A stretch of 64,000 nucleotides of DNA from Monocercomonoides exilis PA203 (taxonomy: Eukaryota; Protista; Preaxostyla). The translations under genes were made by a program, and so were the position numbers. Of this stretch, positions 57,772 to 64,000 are shown piece after piece. Position 1 is the stretch's first letter. Each line of letters starts with the position of its first letter. Below the pieces are notes generated by a model that was not told the origin of the DNA, made no database searches, and saw only the letters and a program-made list of their open reading frames with translations. The DNA is taken from assembly GCA_001643675.2 (NCBI GenBank), contig LSRY02000027.1, forward strand, positions 558,001 through 622,000, given 5' to 3'.

Positions 57772-60700
57772 ATGGAAACAGATAAGCAGAATATTCTGAC
57801 TGTGTGTGTTCAATTTGGCGATTTATAATTAACCTCCTTCTATCGCCGTTGTGTGAATTATTTTTTATGAAAAGCTTGCTGTACTTGAACAAAAGAAAGG
57901 TGAACTAGAAAAAAGCAAAGGCGGACAACAAACAATTTTGTTAAAATTGCTTCAAGATGTTCTTTATTGTTTGCTTATGTGCAGCTTTCATCATTTTTAT
58001 TTGCTTTTACATATGTCTTCATCTGTTCTGAATGCTATTTTGCTTCAAGACGCTGAAAATGCCTCGAATCATGTGAAGTGTGGTTTTGTTGAAACAGCCT
58101 TTTCCCTGTGGAACTCCACACAAGATCTCGAAATAAAAGTCTGCCTTTATTTTTTCTTGATCCTCGTTTTCTTTAACTGTTCTCTAAAGAGATTATGCTT
58201 ATTATATGTCACGTGCATTGCTCGAACAGAACTTTTTAATAAAGTTGGGTTAACTTCAAGTGCGAAATTATCGGTTTTAGCTGACGACATTTTATTGCTT
58301 GTAATGGTATGTTGGCAAATGTCTATGAGCGTTTCTGATACTTATTTATTTTTATTTTTATTTTTATTTTTATTTTTATTTTTATTTTTATTTTTATTTT
58401 TATTTTTATTTTTATTTTTATTTTTATTTTTATTTTTATTTTTATTTTTATTTTTATTTTTATTTTTATTTAATGCGAATTTATAAATGCTTGACGACGA
58501 TTTTTTTTCACAGTCCAATGATGAAATAATTTCTGGGAATGGCAAGAAAATTGTGAACATAATCATTAAAACGAGCCGCATTGGAAGAGAAGCAATTGGA
58601 CGAAGTAATCTTTTGATGGATTTACCAACTCTTCTTCGATGTGGACTGGATTGGCTTGACAAGATCGACACATTTTTTTCCGGGTCATCTTCTTCAGTTC
58701 TGCCAGAAGCGCCTCAATCCTTTACTCCCACTTATAATTGCAAAGAAGACACCATATCTTTGGCATCTTCTTTGACTTCTTTGTCAACTTTGTTTTTAAG
58801 TTCTCGGACAGAATTAGACGAAAATGCTCCAAAGCCGGTAAACAAAGCGGCATTCACCTCAAAGATGTTTCCGGATCAGTATCTTTTGCCGGCTGTTCCT
58901 CCAACAGATGTTTATTTTTCACTCAATAAAGACAAGTGCAAAGTCAGCAAATTAGCCTCGAAGTTGCTGGAGGCTGGCGGGAGGATTGAAAATGAAGAAG
59001 CAATTTATGAAGCAGCTGGAATGCTCATAAATAGCATCAATGGTGTTTTAGATAGGATTAGAGAAGAAGGTGATGAAAGCGATGAAAGCGATGAAAGCGA
59101 TGAGGAGGAAGATTCTGCAGAAGAAGAAAAGGGCAGCTCAAAAGAGAGCGAAGAGAGAAAAGAAGGAGAAGAATTAGACAGCGAAAAGCGAAAAAGACAG
59201 ACGAGAAAAGAGATATTGGAGAGTCTGGTGAAGGTCAAATGCACAGTGTATAAACTTGCGGCGCAGATTGAGGTGAGCCAAAAGCTGCGGAGAAAGAAGA
59301 AAGCGGCGGCAAAAGCAAGGCTGGCGAGGGAAGGAGAAAGAGTCAAAGCGGCAGAGGAACTTTTGGGTTGTAGCAGCAGCAGCAAAGCGACGGGGAAAGA
59401 CACTTTGGTAAAAGATGCTGTGTCTGGATGCAAAGTTCTGCTGTCTGACATGGCAGACGATGTCTATGACGATCTGCGACTGGCGCCGTGGGTGTTTCCC
59501 GAAGGGGCCAATGTGACGCAATCAGGCAATGGCATCAGGACGTCTGGTGAGGAGTGGACTGTTATTGTGAGCCCAGAAGTGCTGAAATCGGGGATATGGC
59601 ACCTGCAGCTAGTGTTCGCTGATTCGCCGAATGTGAAAAGTTTGCGACTGCTATCAATCTGTTTTCTTTCTTATTCAGAAAAAAAATAAATAAGTGAATT
59701 AATAAAATAATAACAGTAATAATAATAGTAATAGTCATAGTAATTGTTGTGGCATTTCTTGGCACTTTCTTTCATTTTTTTTTCTTTTTTCTTTTTTCTT
59801 TTTTTTTCTTTTTTTCTTATTAATTCTTAATTCTTAATTTTTCTTTGTGAAATGCGTATTTGAATATTCTGATGCATGATGATTGGCAATTTGCTGATGA
59901 TGCATGCTTTTGGCTGTGCTGGATGTTCTTTGTGTTTTTGTCTTTGCGTGTGCATTTGTGGTGGGCTGCTTGCGATTAAATGGGCTGAATGAAACTGTGC
60001 TGGACAGGCTTTGGGATTCTGAGCAATTTTGCAGTGCGTCCAACGCGAGATGGCTGGATTGGAGATATTCAAGGTTTGGGGTTGTTCGCTTTGGCGAGGC
60101 TGTTTATTAATTCTGGAGTTAATGGCGAGTGGCCTTTGTTTTTATTGAATATTTGTGCACTTTCATTCATGTATTTTTTCATTCATTCATTCATTTTTCG
60201 CTCTTTTCTTTTTTCTTTTTTCTTTTCTCTTTCTCTTTTTGCATTTTGCATTTTGCATCTTGCATTTTGAACGGGGAAATGGCGTGTGCTGCTTGGTTTA
60301 TGCTCAGAGCACGGATGCTGGCATTCATTGTGTGCTATTTGATTTTTGTTGTTGTGATGTTGCTTGGGATTATGAATTTCTGATTAATTGTGATTTGCCT
60401 TTCTCACACTTTTATTTATTTATTTATTCTTGCCATGCAACATGGCTGATGACAATTTTTGCATTTCTCCAATTTTGATTCTTGCTTTGATTCTTGTTTT
60501 TGGCATGTGTTCTTTTGTGCTGTGTGCTCTGTTTGCAGCGGCTGCATATCGGATTCAGCGAGCAAGCGGGATGCGCAGAAGTTCGAGTGTGGGCAAGCTG
60601 TGATGTGTGAAGTTGATCTCCGAGAAGGGGAAGGGTGCGTGTACTTCTACTGCGAGGGGGTTCAATTGCCTGTTTATATTTGCGGCATTCCGCAGCTGGT

Positions 60701-60842
60701 GCGTTTTGCTGTGTGCACGTATGGAGTGTCACAGATGAAGCTGCTGAAGGCGGAGCAAGTGACGCAGCTGCTCTCGCGCCCAAAGGAAGGGCTGCAGCGG
60801 ATGAACTGGAGCAAAGTGGAGCTTCCTTTCAAAAGAGCTTGA
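57772..60842 (+). CDS. Multi-exon uncharacterised protein with C-terminal SPRY/B30.2-like domain, right (intact) copy
   Basis: Inferred start METDKQNILT, large exon ~58514-59630, and last exon FECGQAVMCEVDLREGEGCVYFYCEGVQLPVYICGIPQLVRFAV. With the upstream TVIVSPEVLKSGIWHLQLVF this resembles a SPRY beta-sandwich. Confidence 0.6.
58343..58471. repeat. (TTTTTA)n microsatellite, mirror copy, 3 units shorter
   Basis: About 21 units. The spanning ORFs differ by 6 codons (188 versus 182 aa), i.e. 18 nt. Confidence 0.97.
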
Positions 60843-61477
60843 ATGGTGTGAGGGAGATGAATATTCTTTTTAATGCTACTGGAAAAAAAATAAATTAATA
60901 AATAATAATAAATAATAAAAAAACGCAAGCTGTGATATTTGAAGGAGTTGAAATGTGCGCTTTGCAGAGGCCAGGACTTTCATTTCGATGTTTCGATGAT
61001 TTGTGCTTCATTGGCTGTTGGCTTTATTTCTTTTTCCCTTTTTCTTTCATTTTTTTTAAATCGTTTCAAATTACAAGTTTTGCTTTTGTTTTCCTCCACT
61101 TTTGGTGTGCCTGCTTGGCAAATGCCAAAAGTGAGATCCTTTTATTTGGAGTATTTTTTTCCCCTTCTTTTTTCTTTTTTCTTTTTTCTTTTTTCAATTT
61201 ATAAATAACTTATTTCCATTTGTGGAACGCATTTCTTCTCTTTCTTTCTTTCTTTCTTTCTTCTTTTACCCTTTGATAATTGAACAATCGATAAACAGGC
61301 TTGTTTCAAAGACTTTTCTGGAAACCTTCAAAACAGAAACGCAACGTGGGAAAAGAAAGAAACTCAAAAATAAAAAATAAATTGCCTCAAGATTTGTTTT
61401 TTTGGATAAATTAAGAGAATTTCATTTCCTGGAATTTGTCTGTTCCCACCTATTCCATCCAAAGTCACACTGCCTCT

Positions 61478-64000
61478 TCATTCTGCCACTTCTTCATTCT
61501 GCCACTTCTTCGTTCTACCCCTTCTGCCACTCCTTTTGCTGCTCTCTCCAGACTTTGTTCCAGACTTTGTTCCAGAATTTGTTCCAGACTTTGTTGCACT
61601 CTCGTCTCCTTCCCCCGACCCGCACAACTCGATTGCATCCGACATCGTCACCATCGCTGCCTTTCCCCCAAAGTGCCCAACAAACTCTCGCCGCAGCTCG
61701 CTCAACGTCGGACGCTCTCCTGCTGCTCCCGACAGGCTCGCCCGAGCAACATTCTCGTATGAGTTCCCTTCCAGCCTTCTCAGGTCAGGCCTCTCTCCAT
61801 TCGCAATCTTATCTCCAGCAATCACAGCCTCATATTCGCCAAAGGGAATAGTCAATGTCAAACACTCCCACAGCATCATCCCGATCGAGAACGCCACCGA
61901 CTTCTCTGTTGCCTCCAGCTTCTTGTTCATCTGCAATTCAGGCGCCTTCCATCTCAGGCACTCCTTTTTGAAGCTATCTTCATCTTCGAATGCTGACGAA
62001 GGAGGAGGCGAGTCGGTGAATCTCTCGCTCAGCACCGAAATGTTGGAGGAGGAAGAAACAATGGTCAGTGAAGAGATGGATGATGAATCTGAATCATCGG
62101 AAGAGCAGTCGGAGTGGAGGGCAATGCAGATGACCATGTGTTCGGAGAAGAGCACAATGTGCGGGCTCAGATTGGCCAAAGAGGGGAGGCCATCTTCCTC
62201 GTCCTCAAAGGCGTGGAGCGCCCCATTCGCCACCCAGAACAGGATTTGGGCAGCTGTCATCTCCCTCTCCTTCAGCGTGCCAATCGCCATCTCCTTCTTT
62301 TCATTCCTCCCATGCAGCAACATGAACAGAGAATCCCTCAGGTCCACAATCAGCTTCTCATGTGGTGAAGAGCACGCCATTGCATCCACCAAGTTCGACA
62401 TGGATGAAGTGGTGGGGCACAGATCCTCTCCGCGAACAAATGTGGATTCTGTGTCTGAAGTGTCTATTGTTGAAGTGGATGAAATGGATGGTGATGGTGT
62501 TCTCTTTCGAATCTCTTCTTCTTCAACCTTTTCCAGTACCCATTCTGGGATCTTGTCTGAGTCTCTTCCAAGAATGTATTCAGTTGAACCACACTCAGAA
62601 AGAAGATGCTCTGATGACTCGGAGTGCCCCAAGCTTTTCTCATACACTCTTTTCTTTATCCTCTCATCGTTCTTCTTCTCAACATCCCCTGACACTCTCC
62701 TCCACTGCTCCTCGGGTGACATCTCCATCGTCACCATCTCAAATGCCTTCGGATCCTTTCTGATGTTATCGTTCACAATCTCTTCTAACTCTTCGGTTCT
62801 TCTCTTTTGCTTTCTCCATCGGATGGTCACAACAACAGATGCAATAATCACGATCATGAGAATTATTGCCATAATGATCACGATGATTGGCCAAAGTGAT
62901 TTTCCTTCTTTCCCTCCTTCAGCAATTCTTTCATCGCTGTTTCCTTGGATTTCACTTCTGTTCTTCAGGATGAATGCCCCGGTCGATGAAGGAGCATCTT
63001 TCCTGCCAAACAGAATGCACACTGACACTTCTGTCTCTGCACCCACCGCTGCCAGCTGTGCCGACAGAATGGCTGTTTGGATTTCATTCTCCCCCACATA
63101 TCCATCTTCCTCGATCTCATGACCCTCGATATGCTCTTCGCTCCCGTCTCTGAAGCACACTCTCACCGACAGATTGCACGGCACCAACAACTTTCCGCGT
63201 ACACTCAAACTTATCTTCTCTCCTCCTCTGCCCATCTCTGCAGACTCCAGCACAGGGATAAACAGCGCAGAAGGTCTCTCTCCTGCAATCCCCTCCAATG
63301 TGCATCCCTCATCCAGAATCCACAGTGATGTGTTATCCTTCAATCCATCTCCCCCTTTCAAGTTGACAACATTCACCATTCCCGAATCCGAGCAGAGAAT
63401 ATTTCTTCTGATTGATGGATATTTTTCAATGGATGGGTTGTTGTTCTCAAACTTACCATCTTCAATTTTCAAACTTCCTCCCCAAATGGAAAGACCTCCA
63501 TCAGAGCAGTTCACAAAACTCATATCCTTTATATAACCTGAGCTCTCCTTCATCTCAACAACTGATCCATTCCATTTGCACACATCCACTTCCTCATTTG
63601 ATTGCTTTTCATTTATTTTTCCGTCAAACAAGCACTGCTTCATCTGAATATTCTTGCACATCAAAAGAGATATCATCTTCCCTTTCTTTCTTCTCGATTC
63701 ACATCCAACAAACGAACAGTTCGAAAACTCCACATTTCCTTCCATCTCCTCAACATCAACCACTCCTGCACTCTCATCCACACACGTGATGTTCTCAAAT
63801 GAAGATGACAGAATTAAAATTGAAAACTCATTATCCTCTCTGTTCTTCATTTCTGCTTCATCGCCATTCACACTCTCCATCCATCCATTTTCCACTCTCG
63901 AATTACCAGCTCCACTGATCTTCAAATAACCTTTTCTTCCCTCAATATTTCTGAGTGTCAACCCACTCACGTCAGTATCTCCTTCAATCTGCATCACTGT
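61478..64000 (-). CDS. Second receptor-like beta-helix/TM/pseudokinase paralogue, 3' part (5' end outside window)
   Basis: Near-identical to 45893-53716 from KFENNNPS through the TM and kinase-like region, but clearly divergent upstream of CKWNGS and in the last ~30 aa. Confidence 0.88.
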   Translation of the reverse strand, partial: TVMQIEGDTDVSGLTLRNIEGRKGYLKISGAGNSRVENGWMESVNGDEAEMKNREDNEFSILILSSSFENITCVDESAGVVDVEEMEGNVEFSNCSFVGCESRRKKGKMISLLMCKNIQMKQCLFDGKINEKQSNEEVDVCKWNGSVVEMKESSGYIKDMSFVNCSDGGLSIWGGSLKIEDGKFENNNPSIEKYPSIRRNILCSDSGMVNVVNLKGGDGLKDNTSLWILDEGCTLEGIAGERPSALFIPVLESAEMGRGGEKISLSVRGKLLVPCNLSVRVCFRDGSEEHIEGHEIEEDGYVGENEIQTAILSAQLAAVGAETEVSVCILFGRKDAPSSTGAFILKNRSEIQGNSDERIAEGGKEGKSLWPIIVIIMAIILMIVIIASVVVTIRWRKQKRRTEELEEIVNDNIRKDPKAFEMVTMEMSPEEQWRRVSGDVEKKNDERIKKRVYEKSLGHSESSEHLLSECGSTEYILGRDSDKIPEWVLEKVEEEEIRKRTPSPSISSTSTIDTSDTESTFVRGEDLCPTTSSMSNLVDAMACSSPHEKLIVDLRDSLFMLLHGRNEKKEMAIGTLKEREMTAAQILFWVANGALHAFEDEEDGLPSLANLSPHIVLFSEHMVICIALHSDCSSDDSDSSSISSLTIVSSSSNISVLSERFTDSPPPSSAFEDEDSFKKECLRWKAPELQMNKKLEATEKSVAFSIGMMLWECLTLTIPFGEYEAVIAGDKIANGERPDLRRLEGNSYENVARASLSGAAGERPTLSELRREFVGHFGGKAAMVTMSDAIELCGSGEGDESATKSGTNSGTKSGTKSGESSKRSGRRGRTKKWQNEEVAE

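Larger units (their letters stand above)
51610..63585. repeat. Large inverted duplication (arms ~51610-57490 and 57718-~63585; spacer 57491-57717)
   Basis: Mirror-image ORFs with identical or near-identical translations on opposite strands (for example 55426-55629+ and 59562-59765-). Inner ends TGTGTTTGCT (57490) and AGCAAACACA (57718) are symmetric about 57604. Confidence 0.96.

Noticed and set aside
56519-58671. NKNK... and FLFL... ORFs
   Set aside because: Translations of the intronic (TAAAAA)n microsatellite.

Overview
AT-rich, intron-containing eukaryotic (protist) genomic DNA that uses TAA as a stop. Gene families and composition are most consistent with an oxymonad such as Monocercomonoides; this is inferred, not proven. 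Housekeeping genes: the 3' part of a PP2A B56 regulatory subunit with a huge Ser-rich tail, a membrane-anchored S41-like peptidase, a multi-RRM protein and a 3-exon clathrin light chain that the ORF track misses. Accessory content: four dispersed copies of a lineage-specific 3-exon gene family, a frameshifted Merlin/IS1595-type DNA transposon with 28-bp TIRs, and pogo- and possibly MULE-type relics. There is also an apparently intact 4.7-kb DIRS1-like tyrosine-recombinase retrotransposon (gag, RT-RNaseH-methyltransferase, YR, ITRs, ICR) whose recombinase has a non-canonical YxxK motif. The right end holds a ~12-kb quasi-palindrome with ~6-kb arms and a 227-bp spacer. It duplicates a SPRY-like gene head-to-head and the constant C-terminal half of two large beta-helix/TM/pseudokinase receptor genes whose ectodomains diverge. 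Exon boundaries and motif matches were read by eye; no database searches were run.
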